This document shows, piece by piece, positions 1 through 8,414 of a stretch of DNA of 64,000 nt. Under the pieces are notes generated by a model. The model saw only the letters and a list, made by a program, of their open reading frames with translations. It was not told where the DNA came from and ran no database searches. Numbering within the stretch: the stretch's first letter is position 1; each line of letters begins with the position of its first letter. Position numbers and translations under genes: made by a program. This DNA comes from Nitrospirota bacterium. Its GTDB lineage: Bacteria; Nitrospirota; UBA9217. The DNA lies in assembly GCA_963840455.1 (NCBI GenBank), contig CAWIYV010000010.1, forward strand, positions 1 to 64,000, read 5' to 3'.

Positions 1-1478
1 AACACCGGCGGGTCGTGCTTCAGGATGGACGAAACAGCGGGGTGTTTCTTAAACTCGACATCCAGGAACCGGCGTACCACCTTGCGGTCCCATCCGCGGG
101 GATGCTTAAAGCCCGTGTAGAGCGACAGGTCGCCCTCGTAGAATGTACCCGTCTCATACCCTTTCGCTTCTTGCGAACAGACCGGCATGTTGAACACCGC
201 GAGGTTCAGGAACGAGATCGCGTCCGCGTGCCGGACGATGAACGCAAGCGTCTTTCGCGCTTCGGTCGAACTCTCTTCGGGCGCGCCGAACAGGAGATAG
301 ACGTACGTGGCGATGCCCGCCCCGCTTAGGTTGCGGAGCACCTGCGAGGCCTGCTCCAGGTCGATGCCCTTCTGCATGCGGTCGAGCACACTCTGGTCCC
401 CTGATTCCAGCCCGAGTTTCAGCATCACGCATCCGGACCGTTTGAGCTCCCTGCAACGGTCAGGGTCCGCAAGGTCCTGCCCGAACCGCGCGAAGCCGTA
501 CCACGGGACGCCAGGCGGGTCTTTGGCCAGCGCGCTCATGAGCGCAGGGCTGACCGCGTTGTCGAGCAGGTGGATAAGGACCGGTCCTGTCGATGCCGTC
601 AGGGAGGCGATGTCGGCCATGGCAGCAGACGGCGGGATAGGCAGATAAGGATTGTCCTCGGCTGTCTCTGGGCAGAACGAGCACTTGTTCCAGTAGCAGC
701 CGCTTGATCCGCTGTAGGGCAGGATGAACCCCGGCGAGAGATAGTCCTGCCGGCGAAAGGAGCGGTAATCGGGCGTTCCATGCGGCCGCGTCGCCGTATC
801 AGCACCGAGCAAATCAAGCAAGGGGCCCTCCCCCGGGCCCGCGATGCAAAGGTCCACGAGCCCGGCAAAGGGGTCGTTCCAGCCGGGCCGCTTCATCCAC
901 GACGTCATCAGCCCGCCGCCCAGGACCACCTTCAGCCCAGGGAACTCCTCCCGGATAAAGCCGATCATGGCAAAGGCCGTGAGGGCCTGGCTCAGATAGT
1001 TCAAGGAGATGCCGACCATCTGCGTGGGTCCCTGGCCGATGACCTGCCGCAATCTGCTTCGGAAATAGAGGGAGAAAGGATTTCGCTCGTGATGTTCGGC
1101 TGCTGCGATCAGGTCATCGCTCCGGAGCGGGGAAAGAAGAGGGTGCTGGTGGTCCGAGAGCCCGATGATATCGCCCTGCTTGGCCGACGCGAGGGCGAGG
1201 AGCCGGTCCACGTCCCGGACCGCCCGCTTGTAGCGGTCCAGGGAGCGGTACGTCGCTGGACCGCGGAGCGCTGCGAGATTGTCCGCGCTGTTCCTGATCG
1301 CCCTGCGGCCCCAGGTGTCGGACGCGGTGCCCGGCCTTCCCATCAGGAAGAGCAGTCCCTCGATGTTCGCGTCCAGGACCCTGCACGGGAAGTTGTTCGC
1401 GGCAAGGGCGCCCGCAAGCTTCGCGATGCCTGCCGGAGGCTCACTGGGTTTGACAACAGGAGGGTTGATGAGGAGCAT
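1..1478 (-). CDS. B12-binding-type radical SAM protein (3' end beyond window edge)
   Basis: Not in ORF track (no stop in window). Manual translation from ATG 1478: MLLINPPVVKPSEPPAGIAKL...; cobalamin-domain-like VGISLNY and KVVLGGG; radical SAM motif GCYWNKCSFC (~672-701); LKLGLESGDQSVLDRMQKG. Confidence 0.85.
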   Translation of the reverse strand, partial: MLLINPPVVKPSEPPAGIAKLAGALAANNFPCRVLDANIEGLLFLMGRPGTASDTWGRRAIRNSADNLAALRGPATYRSLDRYKRAVRDVDRLLALASAKQGDIIGLSDHQHPLLSPLRSDDLIAAAEHHERNPFSLYFRSRLRQVIGQGPTQMVGISLNYLSQALTAFAMIGFIREEFPGLKVVLGGGLMTSWMKRPGWNDPFAGLVDLCIAGPGEGPLLDLLGADTATRPHGTPDYRSFRRQDYLSPGFILPYSGSSGCYWNKCSFCPETAEDNPYLPIPPSAAMADIASLTASTGPVLIHLLDNAVSPALMSALAKDPPGVPWYGFARFGQDLADPDRCRELKRSGCVMLKLGLESGDQSVLDRMQKGIDLEQASQVLRNLSGAGIATYVYLLFGAPEESSTEARKTLAFIVRHADAISFLNLAVFNMPVCSQEAKGYETGTFYEGDLSLYTGFKHPRGWDRKVVRRFLDVEFKKHPAVSSILKHDPPV

Positions 1479-1522
1479 AATGACTCTGAAACCAAATTCT
1501 ACTCATTATAAGAAGCTATTTG

Positions 1523-1623
1523 CCGCGAAGACGCAAAGAACGCGAAGGACATCAAAAATAAAAAACATTCTGCGTAAATTTTAAATGTACTAGGTTTCCT
1601 TCGCGTCCTTCGCGCCTTGGCGG
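1523..1623. repeat. Inverted element with 9-mer-repeat arms and AT-rich core
   Basis: ccgcgaagacgcaaagaacgcgaagga ... tccttcgcgtccttcgcgccttggcgg. Confidence 0.75.
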
Positions 1624-1664
1624 TTCCAAGATTTTAGCCTTGGCTTGTCGGGCTTATGTCCGGT

Positions 1665-2021
1665 TCAGCAGCAGCTTCCTCCCGGCGTGCTGTCGCAGCC
1701 GCAGGTCGGCGGCCCGCCGGTCACCATGCTGTTGATGAGGGCGGCAGCGCATCCCACGCCGCTGTTGACGGTGATCGCGCCGTATTCGCAGTTCAGGGCG
1801 CAGGCACCGCATTCCATGCACAGGTCCTTGTCCATGACGACGGCTCGAAGAACACCCCCCCTCCTTATTCCCTCCCCCTGAGGGGGAGAGGCAGGGATGA
1901 GGGTGCTGTTGTCTTCCTGCATGGCAAAGACGTCGCGCGGGCAGACCTCTGCGCAGCGGCCGCAGCCGGCGCATTTATCCGGAGAGTATTCAAGTGTCGT
2001 TACATTCGCAAGATACTTCAT
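1665..2021 (-). CDS. hgcB: Mercury methylation ferredoxin HgcB (with ~20-aa in-frame insertion)
   Basis: C-terminal 118 aa of ORF 1665..3059: MKYLANVTTL, CAGCGRCAEVCP, CMECGACALNC, GVGCA and Cys-rich tail CGC...SCC; ATGA overlap with hgcA stop. Confidence 0.95.
   Translation of the reverse strand: MKYLANVTTLEYSPDKCAGCGRCAEVCPRDVFAMQEDNSTLIPASPPQGEGIRRGGVLRAVVMDKDLCMECGACALNCEYGAITVNSGVGCAAALINSMVTGGPPTCGCDSTPGGSCC
1853..1905. repeat. GC-rich palindromic element inside hgcB
   Basis: caccc...ctccccct-g-agggggag...gggtg; encodes TLIPASPPQGEGIRRGGV between the two Fe-S motifs. Confidence 0.75.
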
Positions 2022-3205
2022 ACGATCCCCCATTCCCTGAGCTTGAACACGACCATCAGGACTAATGATACGCTTGCTGCCGCGATATAGGCAGGGACCC
2101 CATATTTCAGCTCCTTCTTGACGCCCGACATGCCGGTAAAGGTCGTCGAGCCCGTGAACTGGAGCGCGATATACGAGCTCACGGCCGGGAAGAACAGGTA
2201 GACTGCCGCCAGACCGAACGCGCCGCCCAGCACGGGCATGCCGGCCAGCTGATGGACCAGGAGGACTGACAACATGCCCATGATCCAGCCTTTGACCGCG
2301 AACGACCGGCCGGGGACCCAGGGCAGCAGCACCGGCGTGACGAACGCACCGGCAAAGATCGAGACCAGCCCGAAGAGCAGGAACGGCAGCCCGCCGGTCC
2401 ATGCCGGCCTGAACAGAATGCCTGACGGCTGCAGCCCGAAGATGAGCAGGACCGCTGCCGCGAACCAGGGGAACTTCTTCATGGCCGGGTTGACCTCCAT
2501 GGGCGTCAGGACCATGCGGTCGAGCATGGTGAACCTCATCGTGGTCATTTGCCGCGTCTTGGTATACCCGGCGCGGACATAGGCGGGGATGTCGCGCGCC
2601 TCGACCGGTCCGAAGGAGACCCGGAAGCCCGTCCTCTTCTGTACCGCGCCGGCTTTCACGCCGACGGCACCGAGCTGCGGCAGGATGATGCGCCGGTGGC
2701 CGACGATCGCATCGAGACGCGCTTCGGTGACGCGCTTCACCAGCTCGTCGGTGCCGAAGGTCCCCTTCCCCGCCGCGCACCAGACATTGATGCTCTTCGT
2801 ATCGAGCACAAGGACCCAGGCATCGTGCCCCGTAAGGGCCCGGCGCAGGATGTCGAAGCTCAGCTTGTAGTTGGCGGACACGAAGATGTCGGAATCCTTG
2901 CCCGGTTCGCCCAGTGCATACAGCCCCGGCGCAACGGTGTATCGCATGCGGTAGGCGCCGGTCCTGCTCCTGATCATGCCCCAGCGGTCCTCGAACTTCC
3001 ATTCCGCAGTGATCTGCGGGACCGCGCCCGCCGGCGTTGGGACCGCCCCCGTGATCCATCGGGGTGCGTTCCTGCTCGCGGAAGGGCAGGACAGGATGTT
3101 TCTGGCCGTATCGCCGGAACAGGTGTTGTCCGTCGTCGTTACGGCCCCGCAGCAGCCACCGCCGGCCTTCTTCGGTTCTCTTGTTATGAACGTAAGCTTT
3201 TGCAT
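2018..3205 (-). CDS. hgcA: Mercury methylation corrinoid protein HgcA
   Basis: Cap-helix motif NVWCAAGKGTFG, YTVAPGLYALG, SANYKLSFD, C-terminal TM helices, FTGSTTFTGMSGVKKE; adjacent to hgcB. Confidence 0.97.
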   Translation of the reverse strand: MQKLTFITREPKKAGGGCCGAVTTTDNTCSGDTARNILSCPSASRNAPRWITGAVPTPAGAVPQITAEWKFEDRWGMIRSRTGAYRMRYTVAPGLYALGEPGKDSDIFVSANYKLSFDILRRALTGHDAWVLVLDTKSINVWCAAGKGTFGTDELVKRVTEARLDAIVGHRRIILPQLGAVGVKAGAVQKRTGFRVSFGPVEARDIPAYVRAGYTKTRQMTTMRFTMLDRMVLTPMEVNPAMKKFPWFAAAVLLIFGLQPSGILFRPAWTGGLPFLLFGLVSIFAGAFVTPVLLPWVPGRSFAVKGWIMGMLSVLLVHQLAGMPVLGGAFGLAAVYLFFPAVSSYIALQFTGSTTFTGMSGVKKELKYGVPAYIAAASVSLVLMVVFKLREWGIV

Positions 3206-3244
3206 TTCATCGTTCCCTTCTACAGAACACCTAATGTCAAAACC

Positions 3245-3408
3245 TTCACCGCAGAGGACGCGGAGGACGCAGAGAACTTCATCATTTATGATACATCGCA
3301 GCTTTCAACCCGGTCATGTCCAGAATTTATCCAGATTACGTTAATTTGCTCTGCCTTTATTTCAAGAACCGCCTTCCCCTCTGCGAGCTCTGCGATCTCT
3401 GCGGTAAA
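3245..3408. repeat. Inverted element with 9-mer-repeat arms
   Basis: ttcaccgcagaggacgcggaggacgcagag ... ctctgcgagctctgcgatctctgcggtaaa. Confidence 0.8.
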
Positions 3409-3445
3409 ATGGCTTTCGTTTTTTGCATAGAACGTTCCACACAAT

Positions 3446-3724
3446 CTACAAAAGGTCCTTCATCACGGGGCCCAGCATGGTCCGCACCATGCCGCCGAGG
3501 CTCCCGGCCTTGATGAGCGTTATACAGCAAACCTCTCCGTCCTTTTTCCAGCTGGTGACGGCCATCTTGTCCCCGGCCTTGATGCCCGCCTTCTCGCGCA
3601 AGTCCTTCGGAAGCACCATCTGTCCCCGCTCGTCCACCGCAACGATCGCCTCGACCACACAGCACCCCAGGTCCACTGCCGGCACAGCAATTGACCCTGT
3701 ATCCTTGACCTTTTTCTTCTGCAT
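3446..3724 (-). CDS. hgcC: AbrB/MazE/SpoVT-fold protein with two CC pairs, HgcAB-associated (HgcC-like)
   Basis: VDERGQMVLPKDLREKAGIKAGD AbrB signature; GCCVVE and VCCITL; GGAGGA RBS before ATG 3724; directly upstream of hgcA. Confidence 0.8.
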   Translation of the reverse strand: MQKKKVKDTGSIAVPAVDLGCCVVEAIVAVDERGQMVLPKDLREKAGIKAGDKMAVTSWKKDGEVCCITLIKAGSLGGMVRTMLGPVMKDLL

Positions 3725-3750
3725 CCCGTCCTCCACCCATATTTCTTACT

Positions 3751-3793
3751 TATCTGATATATCAGTAGTATCAGATATTGCCTATCCTGTCAA
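3751..3793 (-). promoter_or_regulatory. Putative sigma70 promoter with palindromic operator for hgc genes
   Basis: TTGACA at 3793-3788 (minus); TATCTGATA-N9-TATCAGATA at 3751-3777 with inner perfect palindrome CTGATATATCAG at 3754-3765. Confidence 0.6.
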
Positions 3794-3924
3794 GCGTTTT
3801 TCCGGCCTCCCAGGAGCGAATGACGTCTGCAAAACGGCCGTTCCGGCTTCTCCCCTATCGACAAAAGGGGAAAAATGACTTACTATCAGGCCATCGTTAT
3901 CGAACAAAGGAAGAGAGGAACGCC

Positions 3925-4956
3925 ATGCAACTGCATTTCACCAGGACCAACGGCCCTGTCGATGAGGCCATCGACAGGCTGATCGGGACCGCCGAAGGGA
4001 TCCATCGTCCCGAGTATGTCCGCGAGATGATCCTTGCCGCGCTCAAGGCAGGCCAGGAGGACGACGCGCGGGCAGACCTCAAGCTCATGAACACCACGCT
4101 CAAGGAGATGCGCTTCACCGCCAAGGTGTTCGGCCCCTACCGGAACGTGCGCAAGGTGACGGTATTCGGCTCCGCGCGGACAGCGCCCGACGAGCCGGTC
4201 TACGGCATGGCGCGCGCCTTCGGCAAGAAGCTCGCCGAATCAGGCTACATGGTCATTACCGGCGGTGGGAACGGGATCATGCAGGCTGCGAACGAAGGCG
4301 CGGGACCGGAGCATTCCTTCGGTGTCAACATCCGGCTCCCTTTCGAGCAGCATCCCAACCCGGTCCTGATCGGGAATCCCCGCCTTATCACCTACAAGTA
4401 CTTCTTCAACCGCAAGGTCGCGTTCCTGAAGGAGGCGGATGCCGTGGCGCTCTTCCCCGGCGGCTTCGGCACGCTCGACGAGGCCATGGAGACGCTGACG
4501 CTGGTCCAGACCGGCAAGCGCAATCCCCTGCCCCTCGTGCTCGTGGACGAGCCGGGAGGCACCTACTGGACGAAGTGGATCAGGTTCTTCGAGGATGAAC
4601 TCCTCGCGCACGGCTATATCACGGAATCGGATTTTTCTATCTTCGAGCGGGTGGATTCGGTCGATGCGGCCGTCGCCTGGATCAATCGTTTTTACAGCCG
4701 TTACCACAGCCTGCGGTATGTGAACGGAAAACTGGTCATCCGTCTTACGTCCGTGCTCGACACGAAACATATCGGAAAGCTGAAGGACGTCTTTGCCGAT
4801 ATCCTGACGTCCGGCGGGACCATGGAGCCGTCGGGCCCGTTTCCCGCGGAGCAGGAAGAGCCCGAACTGGCCCATTTGCCCAGGCTGGTCATTGATTTCA
4901 ACCGGAAGGATTTCGGAAGGCTCAGGAACCTGATCGACGCGATCAACCGATTCTGA
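3925..4956 (+). CDS. LOG family (Rossmann-fold nucleotide-binding) protein
   Basis: VTVFGSAR, ITGGGNGIMQAAN, YFFNRK, FPGGFGTLDE; start at ATG 3925 after gaggaa. Confidence 0.9.
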   Translation: MQLHFTRTNGPVDEAIDRLIGTAEGIHRPEYVREMILAALKAGQEDDARADLKLMNTTLKEMRFTAKVFGPYRNVRKVTVFGSARTAPDEPVYGMARAFGKKLAESGYMVITGGGNGIMQAANEGAGPEHSFGVNIRLPFEQHPNPVLIGNPRLITYKYFFNRKVAFLKEADAVALFPGGFGTLDEAMETLTLVQTGKRNPLPLVLVDEPGGTYWTKWIRFFEDELLAHGYITESDFSIFERVDSVDAAVAWINRFYSRYHSLRYVNGKLVIRLTSVLDTKHIGKLKDVFADILTSGGTMEPSGPFPAEQEEPELAHLPRLVIDFNRKDFGRLRNLIDAINRF

Positions 4957-5016
4957 AATTAGGCCGGGAGAGGACGGTCTCGCAGGCTGCGTTGACCGGC
5001 GCTGGGGAAAGGGCGG

Positions 5017-5229
5017 TTATTTGCAGCCGGCGCAGGAGGATGAGGAGCATCCCCCGCATCCGGAGCTGCCGCCGGAGCTGTCCGAGGACCTGCCCATGCC
5101 GAACTTCGAGAGACGCTTCTCGGTCTCCTTCGACCCGCACTTCGGGCAGGCGACCTCGGGATTCAAGCCGAAGACCAGCTTCTCGAAGCATTCCTTGCAC
5201 GAAGCGCATTGATATTCATAGATTGGCAT
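5017..5229 (-). CDS. FmdB family zinc-ribbon protein
   Basis: MPIYEYQCASC...CPKCGS, Cys-rich tail CGGCSSSSCAGC. Confidence 0.9.
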   Translation of the reverse strand: MPIYEYQCASCKECFEKLVFGLNPEVACPKCGSKETEKRLSKFGMGRSSDSSGGSSGCGGCSSSSCAGCK

Positions 5230-5244
5230 GGCTGAAAATCACTT

Positions 5245-5378
5245 TTTACCGCAGAGATCGCTGAGAGCGCAGAGAAAGAGAACCAGTTGTAGTATTGCTT
5301 TTTCGTTTGAGTCTTCTTACTTCATAATTCTTCGCTCTTCATTTTTGACTCTGCGGGCTCTGCGTCCTCTGCGGTGAA
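5245..5378. repeat. Inverted element with 9-mer-repeat arms
   Basis: tttaccgcagagatcgctgagagcgcagag ... ctctgcgggctctgcgtcctctgcggtgaa; same family as 3245-3408. Confidence 0.8.
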
Positions 5379-5441
5379 ATCATTTCTTCTCTAATTTCTT
5401 CCCGTCCGTCAGGAGCTTCTCGTGCTCGCTTCCCTCTCCGG

Positions 5442-6728
5442 TTACTTCCTCTGCAGGCCGCCTGCGATTATCCGTAAGGTTTTTTCCGTGTCTCCCCGTC
5501 CCCGCGTCGCCGCGTCCCCCTGTCCTGCTTCACGAAGCGCAGCTTCGATCACCTGCACCGTATGTACGACCTCGGCTTCCGATCCCGCGTGCCGCAGCGC
5601 GTCGGCGATCTGCATCCGGCAGCCGGGGCATCCGGTTATCACCAGGGACGCCTGTGTTGCCGAGACGTCCCGTGCCTTCTTCTCTCCGATCGTGCCGGAC
5701 AGCGACGGATGGCTCACGCGCATGACCCCGCCAAATCCGCAGCATTGTGCCGGGTCCTTCATCTCGACGAGCTCGATGCCGGGTACGGAGCGGAGAACGT
5801 CCCGGGCCGTCTGCGCGAGTCCCTGTCCTCTTCCGAGGTGGCAGGGATCGTGCCAGGTGACCCGCGCGTTCACCGGCTGGAGATCGAGCCCGGCGACCTT
5901 GTCGCTCAGAAATTCGTGGATGTCGAGAACGCGCACCTGTTCCCTGCCCGACGGGGTCAACAGCGCGGGATACTCCTTTTTGAGGGTCAATCCGCAGGAA
6001 GCGCAGGCGGTCACGATGGCATCGACGTCAAGGGACGACAGAGCGTCGGCGTTCTTCCGCGCAAGGTCCTCGGCGGCGGCGCGGTCGCCCAGCGAGAGAT
6101 AGGGTCTGCCGCAGCACTTCAGTCCGTCGGGAACGATGACCTCGTATCCCAGGGCTTCCAGAACGACGGTGGCGGCATCCCCGATGTCCGGCTGAAAATA
6201 GCTGACAGCACAGCCGGGGAAAAACGCGACCTTTCCTCGTGCGCCCTGACCCTTGGTGCCTGACCCATGCTTCTGTCGTTTCCGCTTCTCCCCCTGACCC
6301 GGCTCTCTTCCCCTGACCGATCCCTTCCCGTAGTGCAGCGCCACGGGAGCGAGCCACGCGAGGGACCGCATCAGGAGAGGCCGCTTCAACGCAGCGGACA
6401 CCAGGCTAGCAACGATGCCGGGACCTGTTTCCTGGACCGCCTGCTCCTTTGCAGCCTGGATGATCATGCTGAACGGGACGCCGCTGGCGCAGGCGGACTC
6501 GCAGGCCATGCATCCCGTACAGGTCGCCAGCCGGTCCCGGTACACGTCGGAGACCCGCAGCTTTCCATCCAGCACGGCTTCAATGAGCGCCATCCGCCCT
6601 CGGGGCGAGCGGGACTCCCGCCGGTCCGCGAGGAACGAGGGGCAGACCGTGCTGCAGGCCCCGCACCGCACGCATTTGGTGATGTCCTTGCGGTATTTGT
6701 CCAATGACGTAAGATCAGCGTTCTTCAC
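5442..6728 (-). CDS. Fe-S oxidoreductase, GlcF-like (2x[4Fe-4S] plus two CCG domains)
   Basis: CVRCGACSTVCP, CTGCMACESAC, FPGC, CCG twice, WHDPCHL, TGCPGC. Confidence 0.9.
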   Translation of the reverse strand: MKNADLTSLDKYRKDITKCVRCGACSTVCPSFLADRRESRSPRGRMALIEAVLDGKLRVSDVYRDRLATCTGCMACESACASGVPFSMIIQAAKEQAVQETGPGIVASLVSAALKRPLLMRSLAWLAPVALHYGKGSVRGREPGQGEKRKRQKHGSGTKGQGARGKVAFFPGCAVSYFQPDIGDAATVVLEALGYEVIVPDGLKCCGRPYLSLGDRAAAEDLARKNADALSSLDVDAIVTACASCGLTLKKEYPALLTPSGREQVRVLDIHEFLSDKVAGLDLQPVNARVTWHDPCHLGRGQGLAQTARDVLRSVPGIELVEMKDPAQCCGFGGVMRVSHPSLSGTIGEKKARDVSATQASLVITGCPGCRMQIADALRHAGSEAEVVHTVQVIEAALREAGQGDAATRGRGDTEKTLRIIAGGLQRK

Positions 6729-6826
6729 AATTGTTCACACCGCGCTGCTGATGAGACTATTGTCGAGGTTAAGGGTGTTCTCCTGGCTCCTGATCCCCTA
6801 GCCCCTAGCTCCTGTCGCCTGACCGC

Positions 6827-7453
6827 TCACGGCAGTATCGTCACCGGCGTCCCAAGGGAAACGATGCTGAAGAGCTCATCCATGTCCGTGTTGGTCAGGG
6901 CGATGCACCCATCGGTCCAGTTCTGCCGGTTCGCCCATACCACGGGGTCCTCGAGCATCCTGCCGTGAATACCGATGGCGCCGCCGAGCACGGTATCCCA
7001 CGTCGGCTGTCGCCGTTCCCGATGGGCCTGCTCGATCTCCTCGTATTCCCGGGGCGTAATGACGCCCCGCTGGAGCCCCTGCTCCGCGTGCTTCAGGCCC
7101 GGGTAGCTCAAACCCAGGAACTTGTAGAACCGCTTGCTGTGGTTCATGCTGCAGATGTAGAAGTCGCCCTCCGGGGTGCGCTTGTCGCCGGACCTTTCCT
7201 TGTCGCCGTCACCGTACCCCTTGCCGAACACGGCCCAGTAGGTCTTGACCGGCGAAGATCCTTTGAAGAGGGTGAGCGAGTACTGCGATTTCCAGACCAC
7301 CAGGGAGGTTGCGCCCTCCATCCGGGACAGCATCGCAAGGAGCTCCTGGCTGGCCGTTCCGGTCGTGTCCGGAAGCGGCGAGAGGACGGAGACCAGGAAG
7401 AGTGCTGTGAGGAAGCGGAGTATTGTCGTTATGGAATTCCAGACCTGGAGCAT
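6827..7453 (-). CDS. L,D-transpeptidase (YkuD) family protein
   Basis: GDKRTPEG, LSYP, GGAIGIHG...WTDGCIAL catalytic motif; signal peptide. Confidence 0.9.
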   Translation of the reverse strand: MLQVWNSITTILRFLTALFLVSVLSPLPDTTGTASQELLAMLSRMEGATSLVVWKSQYSLTLFKGSSPVKTYWAVFGKGYGDGDKERSGDKRTPEGDFYICSMNHSKRFYKFLGLSYPGLKHAEQGLQRGVITPREYEEIEQAHRERRQPTWDTVLGGAIGIHGRMLEDPVVWANRQNWTDGCIALTNTDMDELFSIVSLGTPVTILP

Positions 7454-7463
7454 GGCATCTGCC

Positions 7464-7724
7464 CTACGATGACCGGTGGTCCCGCTCGTAGGCGTCGGCG
7501 CAGCCTGCGCTGCAGAAGTAGGTGGTCCTGCCCGCGATGCGCCTGGCCACGGCCCGGCCCTTCACCACGTACGTATGGCACTGTGGGTCCTGGACCATCT
7601 CCTCGCCCGGGATCCGCGGCGTCCGCGGATCCCCGCCATGATAGGCGGATATCGCGGAGCGGAACACCACCTTTACGGCCTGGTAGACCACCATCAGCAG
7701 GATGAAAAATAGGATAGCGCGCAT
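7464..7724 (-). CDS. Small membrane-anchored YHS/TRASH domain protein
   Basis: N-terminal TM; MVQDPQCHTYV...YFCSAGC. Confidence 0.8.
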   Translation of the reverse strand: MRAILFFILLMVVYQAVKVVFRSAISAYHGGDPRTPRIPGEEMVQDPQCHTYVVKGRAVARRIAGRTTYFCSAGCADAYERDHRSS

Positions 7725-8308
7725 CAGTTCGCCCTCTGCCTTATCGCATTCTTGAACTGGGCCATGGTCTCCTGCAGGTACTCCGCCTTGGGATGCCTGG
7801 GTGAAATGTGGAGCAGCTGCTCCCAGTACATGATCGCCTTGGCGTAGTCCTTCCGGTCATAGCCGTACACGACCCCCAGGTTGAACAGTGCGTTCTGGTG
7901 CGTCGGTTCTATCGCGAGCGTCCGTTCATACAGGGTGATGGCGCGGCCGGGCATGCCCAGGTTGCGGAAGCACGTTCCCATGTCGGTGATGACATCGGCT
8001 TGGCGGGGATTGAGCTGGAGCGCCTGCTCGTAATACTGGATCGCAAGCTTCCATTTGCCGATATTGTAATAGGCGTTCCCCAGGGCGATGTGCGCAACCA
8101 GGTTGTGCGGGTCCCCGGCAAGGACGTTCTGGTACTCCTCGATCAGGCCGTCGTAATAGGGCGCCTGGCCCTTTTCCGCTGCGGCCTGGTTGACCTGTTC
8201 GGAGGCCTTCTGCTCGTTCTTGCTGCAGCCCCCTGCCGCAAGCAGGGGCACAAGGACGACGGCCAGCAGGGCTATCGCCGGGATGGTCTTGAACGCTCCC
8301 ATGGTCAT
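7724..8308 (-). CDS. TPR-repeat lipoprotein
   Basis: Signal peptide ending AGGC; TPRs LGNAYY, MGTCFRNLG, FNLGVVY; start approximate. Confidence 0.8.
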   Translation of the reverse strand: MTMGAFKTIPAIALLAVVLVPLLAAGGCSKNEQKASEQVNQAAAEKGQAPYYDGLIEEYQNVLAGDPHNLVAHIALGNAYYNIGKWKLAIQYYEQALQLNPRQADVITDMGTCFRNLGMPGRAITLYERTLAIEPTHQNALFNLGVVYGYDRKDYAKAIMYWEQLLHISPRHPKAEYLQETMAQFKNAIRQRAN

Positions 8309-8414
8309 GTGGATGTTAGTGACTGGCCCTCGTACGCACACGACGAGGGTGGTCCGACCCCTCCTGAAGAACGATCACGGTCCTGACCTTCTCAGCAGGA
8401 AGGCTCCGGGAGGA

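Noticed and set aside
1590-2800. Selenocysteine in HgcA or HgcB
   Set aside because: The cap helix has Cys (NVWCA); the hgcB TGA follows the usual CC end and read-through runs into a repeat with no evident SECIS.
1665-3059. 464-aa ORF suggesting a long HgcB or HgcAB fusion
   Set aside because: Only the last 118 aa are HgcB; the rest is an alternate frame over hgcA. The genes overlap by a normal ATGA.
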